Positions 10,485-21,469 of a DNA stretch of 64,000 bases are shown here, one piece after another. The DNA is taken from positions 84,943-148,942 of the forward strand of contig JBHIAC010000001.1 of the NCBI GenBank assembly GCA_046758365.1, written 5' to 3'. The notes beneath the pieces were generated by a model, which was not told the DNA's origin, made no database searches, and saw only the letters and a program-made list of their open reading frames with translations. The stretch comes from a bacterium (GTDB lineage Bacteria > Zhuqueibacterota > Zhuqueibacteria > Oceanimicrobiales > Oceanimicrobiaceae). Positions within the stretch are counted from its first letter, which is position 1. Every line of letters begins with the position of its first letter. The position numbers were made by a program, and so were the translations under genes.

Positions 10485-11654
10485 GTGAAAGTCGTTTACT
10501 TTAATTATGTACACGATTACAAAGAGACTTCGGTAGGGAGTTGGACACATGTTAAACAATTTAGTACCGCTTTCACTAATCTTGGTCATACAATATCAGT
10601 TCATTCTTTGAATCTGAAGAACAAATCTATTAAAAAAGAAAAAGTGCTAGAAAAAAGTGTGCTTCGAAAAGTCGCCATGAAATTTGGCAGAGATTTAAAA
10701 AATTTTCTAAAAAATTTTGGATATGCATTAAACGAAATAACAATTATTAAAAAAGAGAAGCCAGACGTGGCAATAATCCGACATAATCCGTATGTACTCT
10801 CTTCTCTTTTGGTTTGTAAAATATTTCAAGTGCCAACTATATTAGAATTTAACGCTCCAGGCGCTTTTCAAGTTAGAAAGTACGAGAATGAATTTTTCCA
10901 TCTGCCATTTCTATTTGAATTTCTTGAATGGCTTGCATTACGTTTAGCCTCAGCTATCACAGTCACATGTAAAGAAATGATCCCATATCTCAATTCATCG
11001 AAAGAAGATCTTGACAAAATTGTAGTTAATCCCATGGGAGTTGATTTTGATCATTTTAATAACAAGCATTCAAAATCCAATGAAATCCTTCATAAAAGGA
11101 ATGGCAATTTAGTATTAGGATTTGTTGGCTCCTTAAATCACTGGCATGGTATAGATAACTTATTGAATATTATAAAAATCGTTTTATCAAAATATGAACA
11201 TTGTAAATTTTTGATCGTTGGCGACGGGGTAAAATTTAAAGAAATAAAGCAATTTATAAAAGAGAATAAAACAGAGGACTCAGTTATTCTAACAGGTTAT
11301 ATTCCTTATGAAAAACTTCCAGATTATATAAATGCAATGGACATTACTCTCGCTCCTTATCCTTCAGATATGGTATTCTACTATTCTCCCTTGAAAATAT
11401 TTGAATATATGGCAACCGGAAAGCCTATACTTGCTACTAAAATTGGTCAAATTGCCGAAATTATGACAGGACAAAATATTGGGATGTTTATAAAGCCTGA
11501 AAATCTATTAGATTTGGAAAACAAGCTAAATGCAATAATTACCGATGAAATGGCCCGCACTAATATGGGAAAGAATGCTAGGAAGCTAGCGAGGCAGTTT
11601 AGTTGGGATAGAAACGCTAAAGTAGTGCAGGAATTGTGTAAATCGCTAATATAA
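10485..11654 (+). CDS. GT4 glycosyltransferase
   Basis: GFVGSLNHWHG, VGDG and SPLKIFEYMATGKP; GTG start after GGGAG. Confidence 0.92.
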   Translation: MKVVYFNYVHDYKETSVGSWTHVKQFSTAFTNLGHTISVHSLNLKNKSIKKEKVLEKSVLRKVAMKFGRDLKNFLKNFGYALNEITIIKKEKPDVAIIRHNPYVLSSLLVCKIFQVPTILEFNAPGAFQVRKYENEFFHLPFLFEFLEWLALRLASAITVTCKEMIPYLNSSKEDLDKIVVNPMGVDFDHFNNKHSKSNEILHKRNGNLVLGFVGSLNHWHGIDNLLNIIKIVLSKYEHCKFLIVGDGVKFKEIKQFIKENKTEDSVILTGYIPYEKLPDYINAMDITLAPYPSDMVFYYSPLKIFEYMATGKPILATKIGQIAEIMTGQNIGMFIKPENLLDLENKLNAIITDEMARTNMGKNARKLARQFSWDRNAKVVQELCKSLI

Positions 11655-11814
11655 ATTATATTTAGTATTACCAATAATAAAATTCAACTTTGTTAAATTG
11701 TGAATACAACTTTGTAATTGAATTACGATATTCTTGACTAAATTTCCAAAACATTATATTTACATTATTTTTATGTCTATTATTACTAAGAGATTATGAT
11801 TTGTGATTCAATGA

Positions 11815-11830
11815 TGGCACAATATTTGAT
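11815..11830 (+). promoter_or_regulatory. Putative sigma54 -24/-12 promoter
   Basis: TGGCAC-AATAT-TTGAT: GG at 11816-17 and GA (consensus GC) 12 nt later. Nearly identical to the motif at 22676. Confidence 0.5.
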
Positions 11831-11932
11831 GTATGATCTTAGGATTCATATTTGTGATTAAAGATTGTTAATTAAAGGTCTTTAATGGTTTATTATTTAA
11901 TTATTTTTTTCTGAGGAGGAGAAATAGAAATT

Positions 11933-13726
11933 ATGAACAATTTATGTGCTGTTAAAAATATATCACTCATAATCTTATTGGTAACAATTGGAACGGTTGA
12001 AGCTTTGTCACAAAATAATACCACGTCTTATCCAAAAGTAGCCGCTTGGAATTGGGCGGGGGGTCGGCCTGAATGGTATGCGAAGTTTGGTCTTGTAATC
12101 ATTTGGCCAAGAGATGCGACAGCAAGATATATCCATGAAATAAATCCCAAAACAATAGTACTGCCAACGGATGCCTGGACTTTTCACAGAAATCTTCCAG
12201 AGGAATGGTCCATCAGGGACGGAAATGGTAATATAATCACCGGGCTTGGTGGCTCTGCAAATATGATGGACATGACCAGATTTTGTCCAAAGGTTAACGG
12301 GCGCACCTATAATGATTATTTCATTGAACATTATCAAGATTTTGATTTTGTTAATGCATGGGATGGTGTTGCATCAGACTGGCTTTGGGTTTTTCCGTGG
12401 AGGGCTGATAATGTTGGTATTGATCTGGATAGAAATGGCGTAAATGATTATGACGAATATGGGCGATCTTGGGTTCAGGATGAATGGACAAGCGGGATTC
12501 GCGATTTTCTGTCAAGATTGAGAAATATTCTACCAGAAGGCAAGGTAATTCTTTATAACCCAGGAGGAAGTTCAGGGTATTGGAAAGATCTTACTAATGG
12601 GAAAATAACAGAAAAGTTTCCATTATGGGGTGCTGGTAACTGGCGAGCTTGGTTTGATGAATACATGAATTGGACCGCAAACGGTCAAAAACCATCAACC
12701 TATTTAGTAAACGCACATGGTGATTATTTAGCAAAAAACCAATTACCAAAAAGTAATGAAAATTATCGCTATATGAGATGGGGTCTGGCGAGTGTATGTA
12801 TGGGAGATGGATGGTATAATTATGAAGCTTATCATGAACACTGGTATAATGAATATTATGATGAATATGATTTAGACTTAGGTCAACCAACTAGTGAACC
12901 CCAAGAGATCCAGAGTAATGTTTTTGCTCGCTTCTTTGATAATGGTGCAGTAATAGTTAATGGAACAGAAGAGACACGTTCGGTATCAGCATCTGATTTA
13001 CAGAGCCTGAATGGATACAATGGGCCCTATTATCATTTTGTGGGTAATCAGGATCCAAAAGTAAATAATGGCTCATTATTTACCAGTTATACTTTAGAAG
13101 CAGATAATATATATGGTGATGGTTTATTTTTGTTAAAATCTCCAGATACCGTGATTACAGAAATTATTATCGATAATGCCAGTCACCCGACTACCGCCGG
13201 GCAAAGTAAAACAAATCTTATTGGTTCTTGGACGCCAGGTAGAGAGCCGCGTTCGTCCTCGAATCCATATACAGACAACCCCGCCTGGACTGTGGGTCCT
13301 GATTGGAGTCCTGATAACGAGGCGGTCTATCGGTATCATTGGAAAAATTCAGGTTCAGGCTCTGCCTCGGCAATTTTTCAAGTAGAGATAAATGTGACAG
13401 GCCAGTATCATGTGTATGAATGGCATGGTTGGATAGGAGATTCTGAAGCTCAAGTAGGCGAGGCAACCAATATGCCGTATACTGTGCATCATGCGAATGG
13501 AAGAACCGGTGGTACAATCAATTTACGAAATAACCCCGGTAAGTGGAATTATTTAGGTAAATTTCAATTCAATACTGGGGGAGATAATAAAGTAGTCATC
13601 ACTGACAATGCTGACGGTCCTGTTATTGCAGATGCACTTAAATTTGTATTCGCTAGTGGGGAGAATGAACCAGTTGATACCCAAGCTCCAAAACCTCCAA
13701 CCGGAGTAAAAGTTGATAAACCTTAG
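11933..13726 (+). CDS. Secreted putative glycoside-hydrolase-like protein with C-terminal beta-sandwich (golvesin/xanthan-lyase C-terminal-like) domain
   Basis: Signal peptide, Trp/Tyr-rich barrel-like region (WDGVASD, YYDEYDLDLGQP, FARFFDNGAV), then IIIDN...G.Y.VY.W...GKWNYLG...VIADALKF. RBS GAGGAG. Confidence 0.6.
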   Translation: MNNLCAVKNISLIILLVTIGTVEALSQNNTTSYPKVAAWNWAGGRPEWYAKFGLVIIWPRDATARYIHEINPKTIVLPTDAWTFHRNLPEEWSIRDGNGNIITGLGGSANMMDMTRFCPKVNGRTYNDYFIEHYQDFDFVNAWDGVASDWLWVFPWRADNVGIDLDRNGVNDYDEYGRSWVQDEWTSGIRDFLSRLRNILPEGKVILYNPGGSSGYWKDLTNGKITEKFPLWGAGNWRAWFDEYMNWTANGQKPSTYLVNAHGDYLAKNQLPKSNENYRYMRWGLASVCMGDGWYNYEAYHEHWYNEYYDEYDLDLGQPTSEPQEIQSNVFARFFDNGAVIVNGTEETRSVSASDLQSLNGYNGPYYHFVGNQDPKVNNGSLFTSYTLEADNIYGDGLFLLKSPDTVITEIIIDNASHPTTAGQSKTNLIGSWTPGREPRSSSNPYTDNPAWTVGPDWSPDNEAVYRYHWKNSGSGSASAIFQVEINVTGQYHVYEWHGWIGDSEAQVGEATNMPYTVHHANGRTGGTINLRNNPGKWNYLGKFQFNTGGDNKVVITDNADGPVIADALKFVFASGENEPVDTQAPKPPTGVKVDKP

Positions 13727-13912
13727 CGCGGCGAAGCCGCAAATTTCAGAATTGTAGGGATTTGCTTATTAGTAGTTTAGATAAAAAATAATGGGGTCAT
13801 TAAGTCATAACGCTTCGCTGTCATTTATAGTCATTGATATTATTAATCATTTTTTCTTACCCCAAAAAACAAAGATATAATTGGTAATACCATAATATGG
13901 AGAAATAAAGGA

Positions 13913-15454
13913 ATGAAGTTTAATCACGATAGTATTATACCACGAAAAGTGCTCTTTGTTGGAATTGATGGCGCTACATATTGGCTAGTTGAAAAAATGA
14001 TTGCCGTTGGAAAGCTGCCAAATATTTCCAGATTAATACAAACGGGCTCGACCTTCCGGGTTGAAACTCAAGAACCAGTTATTTCTCCATGCGTCTGGAC
14101 GAGCATCGCGACCGGTAAAAAACCTGATAAACACGGAGTAAAAAGTTTTTTTGCTTCATCTTCTTCTGTGGCTACGAAGCGGATATGGGAAATATTCCAA
14201 GACCATGATCTCTCTGTAGGTATTATGGGATACTTTGTTACTTGGCCACCTCAAGAAGTAAATGGCTTTATGATTCCAGATTTATTAGCCCTTGATAATC
14301 AAACTTATCCAAAAGAATATGGCTTTTTACACGATATCACAGATAATTATAAAAAGGGGAAAAATACGAGTTATTTAAAATTAATAAAGTATGCGTGGTC
14401 ATCAATCAAGTATGGTATCCAAGTTCATAACCTTTTGGCAACTGCTTTGATATTGATGAAAAAGAAAATTGTTAAACCTGACTTATTAAACTATTTGTAT
14501 GAAATACGGGTGCTAAAACAAAAATTATACAGTGATTTATTTATTGCTCTATATAAAAAATATAATCCCACCTTTGCTTATTTTCACAATCATTTACTTG
14601 ATTATTGTTCACACAGTTTTTGGCGTTATATGGAACCAGAAAAATTTGATGATGTGTCCGAACAAGAGATTACTCAATATGGTACTAAACTTTTTGATGC
14701 CTATAGTGAAGCGGATAAAACTTTAGGAAAAATATTAAAAATTGCAGACAAAAATACTCTTTTAGTGGTAGCTTCTGATCATGGTTTAAAAGCCGCTGCT
14801 AATCCTAATGTACAGTGGCGCCAACCCAATATCAATTCAGAGCTTTTAATGAATTACTTGGGGATTGAAAATGAAGTTTCATTTTCAAATGTGGGATATG
14901 ATATTGTAGTAAAACCCCGAGTTGAAAGGCCAGGGGCTAAAAAGAAGTTGAAAAGAACATTTGAATCAATCACTATGGTAGAAGAGCAATTGCCATTATT
15001 TCAAATTTTAGAATATGATACAAGTAATCTTTGGTTAAGACTCAATAATTCTATTCAAAAAATTGATGGTTGCAACATCAAATGGCAGGATGATATACGT
15101 CCTCTAGATGATTTTATACAAACAACAGAAATACGTTCATCAGGTGTTCATGATGGTAAAAATGCTATATTGATTTTTAATGGATTTGGCGTAAAACAAG
15201 GTAAAAAATTTCTAAATAGTCCTGCAGAAGTATTTGATATCATCCCTACTATTTTGGCCTTAATGAATATGCCAATTGGTAAAGACATGGATGGTAGAGC
15301 ACTGACAGAAGCAATTGCAGAAGATTTTTTGATTAAATATCCAGTCTCTTACATTGAAAGTTATGATGATAGCAATTTGACTAGTGAAGCCACTCCTGAT
15401 ATGGTCGCTAATGAAAAGTTAAAAAATCAATTACGAGCCTTAGGATACCTGTAA
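13913..15454 (+). CDS. Alkaline-phosphatase-superfamily (type I phosphodiesterase/NPP-like) protein
   Basis: VGIDGA, SPCVWTSIATG, SDHG, SGVH, DIIPTILALM...DMDGR and C-terminal LRALGYL. Confidence 0.88.
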   Translation: MKFNHDSIIPRKVLFVGIDGATYWLVEKMIAVGKLPNISRLIQTGSTFRVETQEPVISPCVWTSIATGKKPDKHGVKSFFASSSSVATKRIWEIFQDHDLSVGIMGYFVTWPPQEVNGFMIPDLLALDNQTYPKEYGFLHDITDNYKKGKNTSYLKLIKYAWSSIKYGIQVHNLLATALILMKKKIVKPDLLNYLYEIRVLKQKLYSDLFIALYKKYNPTFAYFHNHLLDYCSHSFWRYMEPEKFDDVSEQEITQYGTKLFDAYSEADKTLGKILKIADKNTLLVVASDHGLKAAANPNVQWRQPNINSELLMNYLGIENEVSFSNVGYDIVVKPRVERPGAKKKLKRTFESITMVEEQLPLFQILEYDTSNLWLRLNNSIQKIDGCNIKWQDDIRPLDDFIQTTEIRSSGVHDGKNAILIFNGFGVKQGKKFLNSPAEVFDIIPTILALMNMPIGKDMDGRALTEAIAEDFLIKYPVSYIESYDDSNLTSEATPDMVANEKLKNQLRALGYL

Positions 15455-15621
15455 GAATAAATTAAATGGGATTGAAAGATTGGATTTTTGATGAACAGGT
15501 GAATGCAAAACTTTGAAACACCTTACAAACAGGTCTTACCAAAATATCTTTTTTAGGACTCCCTCACAGCCCAAGCAATAATAAAGAAATTTGCAAACTT
15601 TGCACTTTGGAGGAAGAGTAA

Positions 15622-16305
15622 ATGAACAAGCTTCAAACATTTCAAGAATTTTTAGCAACACAAAGTGTGCAAGTTCCAATTTCGGGATTTGTGTTTAATC
15701 TGTTCATGGCGGCTATTCTGTCATTCTTCTTGAGTCGTATATATGTAAAATATGGCCATTCGCTCTCTAATCGCAGGATGTTTGCAGGAAATTTTATTCT
15801 GATCACATTAACTACCATGCTGATCATTACTATTGTTAAGTCGTCTTTAGCTTTGTCTTTAGGGCTTGTTGGAGCCCTATCCATTGTGAGATTCCGGGCG
15901 GCTATTAAAGAGCCTGAGGAATTGTCGTATTTGTTTCTTACGATTGGTTTAGGCTTAGGGTTTGGTGCAGATCAAAGATTAATCACCGTTGTTGCGTTTG
16001 TTATTATCATTGGAATTATTTGGCTTAAAAACTTTTCTAACAAATCAGATGAAAATCAAAATCTGTATTTATCAATTACCAGCCACAATCCTCATAAGAT
16101 TGAGTTGGAGCAAATCGTCGAAACATTGAAAAAGCATTGTTCTAACGTCAATGTAAAGCGATTTGATGAAACTAAAGAATTGATTGAAGCTTCATTTCTT
16201 GTTGAATTTGATGATCTTAACCAATTGCAAGAAACCAAATATGAATTGCAAAAATTAAATGATTCAATCAAAATAACTTTTTTGGATAATAAAGGAATTT
16301 CTTAA
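15622..16305 (+). CDS. DUF4956 family membrane protein
   Basis: SSLALSLGLVGALSIVRFRAAIKEPEE signature. Confidence 0.9.
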   Translation: MNKLQTFQEFLATQSVQVPISGFVFNLFMAAILSFFLSRIYVKYGHSLSNRRMFAGNFILITLTTMLIITIVKSSLALSLGLVGALSIVRFRAAIKEPEELSYLFLTIGLGLGFGADQRLITVVAFVIIIGIIWLKNFSNKSDENQNLYLSITSHNPHKIELEQIVETLKKHCSNVNVKRFDETKELIEASFLVEFDDLNQLQETKYELQKLNDSIKITFLDNKGIS

Positions 16306-16309
16306 ATAA

Positions 16310-19003
16310 ATGATATTGAAGGATTCAAATAAACCTACTATAATATTAAGTTATTTCTTTAGAATTTTAAAAAGCAATAAATTTATAATTCGTGTTGCCA
16401 TAATTTGTTTCTATTCAGGCGTAGTATTTTTTTTCGGAGCTCTTGCGCATCGCTCAAGATTGATTAGTGAAGGAATGATAAATCACATCTTAGGGACAAG
16501 AATTATTAATGAAGCATTAAAACCGCTGAGAGAAGGGATAAAACCGATCTTGTTGGGAGGATTTAAAGTTCCTTTTAACTATGTTAATAGTTTTTCGGCT
16601 AATCCGGAACACATAATAATTGACATCAATCACAAGAATTTTCAGAAGTTGGCGTATAAACGGGAAATGGCATTAAGAAAAGGATATTTGGAATTTGACG
16701 ATGAAGATGATAATTATGTTAGCGCTTATATTCGGTATACAGATAAAAATATGAGGGCAAAGGTAAGGCTAAAAGGCAATATATTAATTGGAATTAAGGG
16801 GGATAAATGGCCTTTAAGAATAATTGTAAAAGGAGATAATAGACTATTTGGAATGAAAAAGTTTTCAATTCAATCACCACGTGAGAGAGGATTTTTAAAT
16901 GAGTGGTTTTTTCATAAATTTTTAAAATATAATAATTTGCCATGTTTACTTTATGACTTTATTGATGTTACAATAAATGGTAAACATTTAGGAATTTATG
17001 CTATTGAAGAGCATTTTAAAGATGAGCTATTTCCAAATAATAACCTTAGGGAAGGAATTATTATAAGATTTGATGAATCTTGGACTTATTATAAATATTT
17101 TGTGCCAACCACGATAACAGAAATAAACTTACAAGCCTATACTAGTTCTACATTAAGTGCTCATAATTTAGATCTGGTGGAAACTGATTCTACGAAATTC
17201 AAACAATTTGTTGTTGCTAAAAATTTATTGGAATCTTTTAGGAGAAAAAAACTGAAAACCAGCCAGGTTTTTGATATAAAAAAGATGGCTAAATTTTTTG
17301 CTATCGTTGACTTGATGGGAAGACAACATCATGCGATTGCAAAAAGAAATATGAAATTTTACTATAATCCTGTCACTTCTTTGTTAGAGCCTATCGGATA
17401 TGACCAAAGGTTTTTGCTTCCTGCGAAATATTTAATCGGCTCATCAAAACAAATATCTAAATTTCCATCAATAAAAGACGATATACCAATCTGGGAAGAC
17501 ACATTTTTCGAGGATAAGTTTTTCTATATTGAATATATAAAGGCTCTGGAGAAAATATCAGACAAAAAACTTTTAGATTCTTTTTTTGAAAAATATAAAA
17601 ACGAATATAAAAGAACTCTTAATATAATACATAAAGATTATCCATGGTATAATTTTGATATCGACATTCTTTATAAAAATCAAGAGACAATAAGAAAAAA
17701 CTTAATTCCTAAGAAAGCTATTAATGTGTATTATAAAGATTATAGGCAAGACACTCTTAAATTACAAATAAGTAATATACATTATTTTCCTATAAAAATT
17801 AACAGCTTATCTTATAATGATTCAGTTATAGTATATCCTACCAAAGAGTATATCGTGCAGTCTAAGGTGATTAATCAACCTATGAAATTTCAAAACATAG
17901 ACTTTGTTTTACCAATAAACAGTACTAGGAAAGATTCGATTATCTTTGATTTTAAAATTAATTACATGGTCTTAGGTACTGAAAAAATTTTGCAGGAATC
18001 TATTTTACCAGTGACCTACTTAGATGAAAATTTTATACAGAATGATTTTATTAGGCAAGAATCAAATATCAAAGAAATTAATTTTCTAGTGGTCAACGAT
18101 TCTTTAAAAAAAATTATGATAAAACCGGGAGAATGGAACCTTGATCAGAATTTACTAATTCCAAACGGGTATGATGTTTTCTGTTTTAAGGACACAAAAA
18201 TAAATTTAATTAATTCTGCCAAAATCTTATCTTATTCTCCCATTTATTTTTCGGGTTCTGCGGATCATCCCATAATATTTTATTCTGCAGACTCAAGTGG
18301 TCAGGGATTGGTTGTAATGAATAGTAACAAAACTTCTTCACTTCAATGTGTCCTTTTTGATAATTTATCAAATCCTTCTCAATCTGACTGGGCATTGACG
18401 GGTGCGGTGACCTTTTATGAATCTTCTGTCAATATTACATTATGTAAATTTATGAATAACAGATCTGAAGATGCCCTTAATATTATCAGATCCGAATTTC
18501 AAATAAATAATACCCTATTTAGGAACACACAATCCGATGCATTTGATGCAGATTTTTGTAAAGGAGAAATAAATAATTCAATGTTTTTGAATTGCGGTAA
18601 TGATGGAATTGATGTTTCAGGTACGAATATTGATATTGAGAATATTACAATTGATGGGGCGCAAGACAAAGGGATAAGTGCTGGTGAATTTTCTGTCATT
18701 CATGCTCAGAATGTAGAAATAAGGAATACTGCCTTAGCACTTACTTCAAAAGATAACTCAGAATTTGTTATTGATGGTGGAAATTTAAAGAATTGTGAAA
18801 TTGGATATACAGTTTTTCAGAAAAAACCTGAATTCGGTCCTGGAGCAATAACAGCCAAGGCTGTTTCCATAGACAAAACTAATATTCATTACTTAGTTGA
18901 AGAGCGATCAATACTTTTAGTAGATGGAAAGAGGATTGAATCAAATAGAAAAAATGTAAAAGAAATTCTCTACGGAGTTGAATATGGTAAAAGTAGTCAA
19001 TAA
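16310..19003 (+). CDS. CotH kinase-family protein with C-terminal right-handed beta-helix
   Basis: KVRLKG, VTINGKHLGIYAIEE and H...NMKFYYNP...EPIGYD; C-terminal SEDALN, SDAFDADF, NDGIDVSG and DKGISAGE repeats. Confidence 0.85.
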   Translation: MILKDSNKPTIILSYFFRILKSNKFIIRVAIICFYSGVVFFFGALAHRSRLISEGMINHILGTRIINEALKPLREGIKPILLGGFKVPFNYVNSFSANPEHIIIDINHKNFQKLAYKREMALRKGYLEFDDEDDNYVSAYIRYTDKNMRAKVRLKGNILIGIKGDKWPLRIIVKGDNRLFGMKKFSIQSPRERGFLNEWFFHKFLKYNNLPCLLYDFIDVTINGKHLGIYAIEEHFKDELFPNNNLREGIIIRFDESWTYYKYFVPTTITEINLQAYTSSTLSAHNLDLVETDSTKFKQFVVAKNLLESFRRKKLKTSQVFDIKKMAKFFAIVDLMGRQHHAIAKRNMKFYYNPVTSLLEPIGYDQRFLLPAKYLIGSSKQISKFPSIKDDIPIWEDTFFEDKFFYIEYIKALEKISDKKLLDSFFEKYKNEYKRTLNIIHKDYPWYNFDIDILYKNQETIRKNLIPKKAINVYYKDYRQDTLKLQISNIHYFPIKINSLSYNDSVIVYPTKEYIVQSKVINQPMKFQNIDFVLPINSTRKDSIIFDFKINYMVLGTEKILQESILPVTYLDENFIQNDFIRQESNIKEINFLVVNDSLKKIMIKPGEWNLDQNLLIPNGYDVFCFKDTKINLINSAKILSYSPIYFSGSADHPIIFYSADSSGQGLVVMNSNKTSSLQCVLFDNLSNPSQSDWALTGAVTFYESSVNITLCKFMNNRSEDALNIIRSEFQINNTLFRNTQSDAFDADFCKGEINNSMFLNCGNDGIDVSGTNIDIENITIDGAQDKGISAGEFSVIHAQNVEIRNTALALTSKDNSEFVIDGGNLKNCEIGYTVFQKKPEFGPGAITAKAVSIDKTNIHYLVEERSILLVDGKRIESNRKNVKEILYGVEYGKSSQ

Positions 19004-19071
19004 TCTCTTGATTATAGAATCTCTACTAAATGCTTACGGTACGAAGAATCGGGTGAAAGTTCGTATATAGT

Positions 19072-20313
19072 ATGAGAATTTTAACAATAGATAAATTTTA
19101 TTTTATCAAAGGAGGGGCCGAACGGTATTACTTTGAATTAAAAAGAATTTTAGAAGAACATGGCCATACAGTAATTCCATTTTCAATGGTCCATCCTGAT
19201 AATTATGACACCCCTTACAGCGATTATTTTGTTGATCATATAGAATTCAATGGGCTTTCAACGTTAAGATCAATCGTGGAAAGTCCGAAAATAATAGGCA
19301 GGATTCTATACTCAAAGCAAGCGAAACAAGGGATAAAGCGTTTGATTGATGATACTAATCCAGACATTGCGCATTTACATATGATTGATCATCAACTGTC
19401 GCCTTCCATTTTGGACGTGTTACGCGATGCGAATATACCTGTCATTCAAACCTTGCATCAATACAAACATGTCTGTCCCAGTTATCGCCTCTTTAACACT
19501 CGTACAGCACAAATTTGTGAAAAATGCCTGGACGGTCATTTATGGCATCCCATGGTTGAAAAGTGTCATAAAGATTCTATTATTTCCAGTGCACTTCTAG
19601 TTGTCGAAGCATATTTTCATCGATGGCTTAGGATTTATGAGAACATCGATCTTTTTCATGCGCCAAGTGAGTTTATGCGCCAAAAGATGATTTCAGGAGG
19701 ATTTTCAAAAGAAAAAATTGTAAAGCAATATTATACTATTCGCCTTTCAGATTATCCTTTTTACCAAGATTTCAAAGATTATTTAATTTATTTTGGCCGC
19801 CTTTCCGAAGAAAAAGGGCTTCTTAATTTATTAACAGCAATGAAAAAGGTTAAACGACTAAAATTACTTATTGTTGGAGATGGACCGCAATGTGTGGAGT
19901 TAGAAAAATTAGCTTTAAAGCTTGGCCTAAATAATGTTACATTTGTTGGTTTAAAATTTGGGGCTGAATTGAAACAGTTGGTTAGTCAGTCAAGATTTGT
20001 TGTTGTCCCATCGCTATGGTATGATAATTCACCTTTGGTTATTTACGAAGCATTTGCTATGGGAAAACCTGTCATAGGTTCCAATATAGGTGGAATATCT
20101 GAGCTAATCGATCCAGGTGAAAATGGATATTTATTTTCACCAAATGACATAGAGAGCCTTTTATCATATATTAATGAGTTAGGAAGAGACAATAAAAAAG
20201 TACGTCGTTTTGGACAGAATGCCAGAATGAAAGCGGAAAAGGAATTTAATCCGACCCTTCATTATCAATGGATTATGAATATCTATAATGAGCTACTTGA
20301 TGAGAAACGGTGA
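19072..20313 (+). CDS. GT4 glycosyltransferase
   Basis: GGAERY, FGRLSEEKG and PSLWYDNSPLVIYEAFAMGKP; Cys-rich CPS...CEKC insert. Confidence 0.93.
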   Translation: MRILTIDKFYFIKGGAERYYFELKRILEEHGHTVIPFSMVHPDNYDTPYSDYFVDHIEFNGLSTLRSIVESPKIIGRILYSKQAKQGIKRLIDDTNPDIAHLHMIDHQLSPSILDVLRDANIPVIQTLHQYKHVCPSYRLFNTRTAQICEKCLDGHLWHPMVEKCHKDSIISSALLVVEAYFHRWLRIYENIDLFHAPSEFMRQKMISGGFSKEKIVKQYYTIRLSDYPFYQDFKDYLIYFGRLSEEKGLLNLLTAMKKVKRLKLLIVGDGPQCVELEKLALKLGLNNVTFVGLKFGAELKQLVSQSRFVVVPSLWYDNSPLVIYEAFAMGKPVIGSNIGGISELIDPGENGYLFSPNDIESLLSYINELGRDNKKVRRFGQNARMKAEKEFNPTLHYQWIMNIYNELLDEKR

Positions 20314-21446
20314 ATAATATGGCAAAAAAGATCACCTTATTACAAGTTGTAAATGGTTTGGCTGCCGGGGGTGGTGAATTAAAGCTTTTGGAACTATTAA
20401 AGAATCTCGGCCCTCAAAAATATAATATTGTTATAGCCAGTGTAGGTCAAGGTGGTGTTTTAGAACAGGACTTTCGCCAATTGGGCTATCCTCTATTTAT
20501 TTTCAATAAAAAACATCGGTTTGACGTGACTTTGATTTGGCAGCTTGTAAAACTCATAAAGCGGTATAAGGTTGATATCGTTATGACAACTCTCTTTTAC
20601 GCAGATGTTATCGGTGCTATTGCAGCATGGTTGGCTAGAGTCAATGCTGTAATATCCTGGGAGGTATTTACTGCGCCCCAACAACGTCGTCATAGTCTGG
20701 TTTATAGGATTGTACAACGAAATTTTACTAAAGTCGTATCTGTTTCAGAGGCTATAGCCCGTATTGTCATTAATGAACGTGGGGTTCCTGCTGAAAAGGT
20801 GGTTACCATTCACTACGGAGTTGATACAGAAAAATACAAAATAAACCATCATCTAAATAAGCGCGCAGAATTAGGTATAGGTGAAAAAGAGATTATTTTG
20901 GGCACGGTTGCGCGCCTTACTGAACAGAAGGGGCACCGATATCTTATTGAGGCGGCACCTGATATTATCGCAAAATTTCCCAATGTGAGATTTGTCTTTG
21001 TTGGTGGAGGGCCTTTGGAATATGAACTAAAACGACAAATTCAAGATTTAGGTATTAAAAACTATATTATTTTTCTTGGAGTCCGTAAGGATGTGGTTGA
21101 ATTATTAAACACATTTGATGTTTTTGTACTGCCTTCTCTCTATGAAGGTCTCCCGAATGTAGTTTTAGAGGCCATGGCCTGTGGAAAACCTATTGTTGCT
21201 ACTTCAGTAGATGGAACCCCTGAAGCTGTGATTCATGGAGAAACAGGCTATCTTGTAGAACCCCAAAATCCGACTGGACTATCTGAAGCTGTAATTAATC
21301 TGCTCAACCAGCCAGATCAAATAATATTATTTGGAGAAAACAGTAGGAGAAGAGCAGAAAATTATTTTTCTTTAAATAGACAAATTAAACAATTTAAGAA
21401 TCTTTTCAATAATATTACATTAGCTAATAGCAATTGTAAAAAATAA
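20310..21446 (+). CDS. GT4 glycosyltransferase
   Basis: GGGE, ARLTEQKGH and PSLYEGLPNVVLEAMACGKP; GTGA overlap with the previous gene (alternative ATG 20319). Confidence 0.93.
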   Translation: MNNMAKKITLLQVVNGLAAGGGELKLLELLKNLGPQKYNIVIASVGQGGVLEQDFRQLGYPLFIFNKKHRFDVTLIWQLVKLIKRYKVDIVMTTLFYADVIGAIAAWLARVNAVISWEVFTAPQQRRHSLVYRIVQRNFTKVVSVSEAIARIVINERGVPAEKVVTIHYGVDTEKYKINHHLNKRAELGIGEKEIILGTVARLTEQKGHRYLIEAAPDIIAKFPNVRFVFVGGGPLEYELKRQIQDLGIKNYIIFLGVRKDVVELLNTFDVFVLPSLYEGLPNVVLEAMACGKPIVATSVDGTPEAVIHGETGYLVEPQNPTGLSEAVINLLNQPDQIILFGENSRRRAENYFSLNRQIKQFKNLFNNITLANSNCKK

Positions 21447-21469
21447 GAGATAATAACGGACAAACAAAT

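Noticed and set aside
15500..15610. Possible TTTGCA periodic element before DUF4956
   Set aside because: Only two or three weak units and no convincing partner arm.
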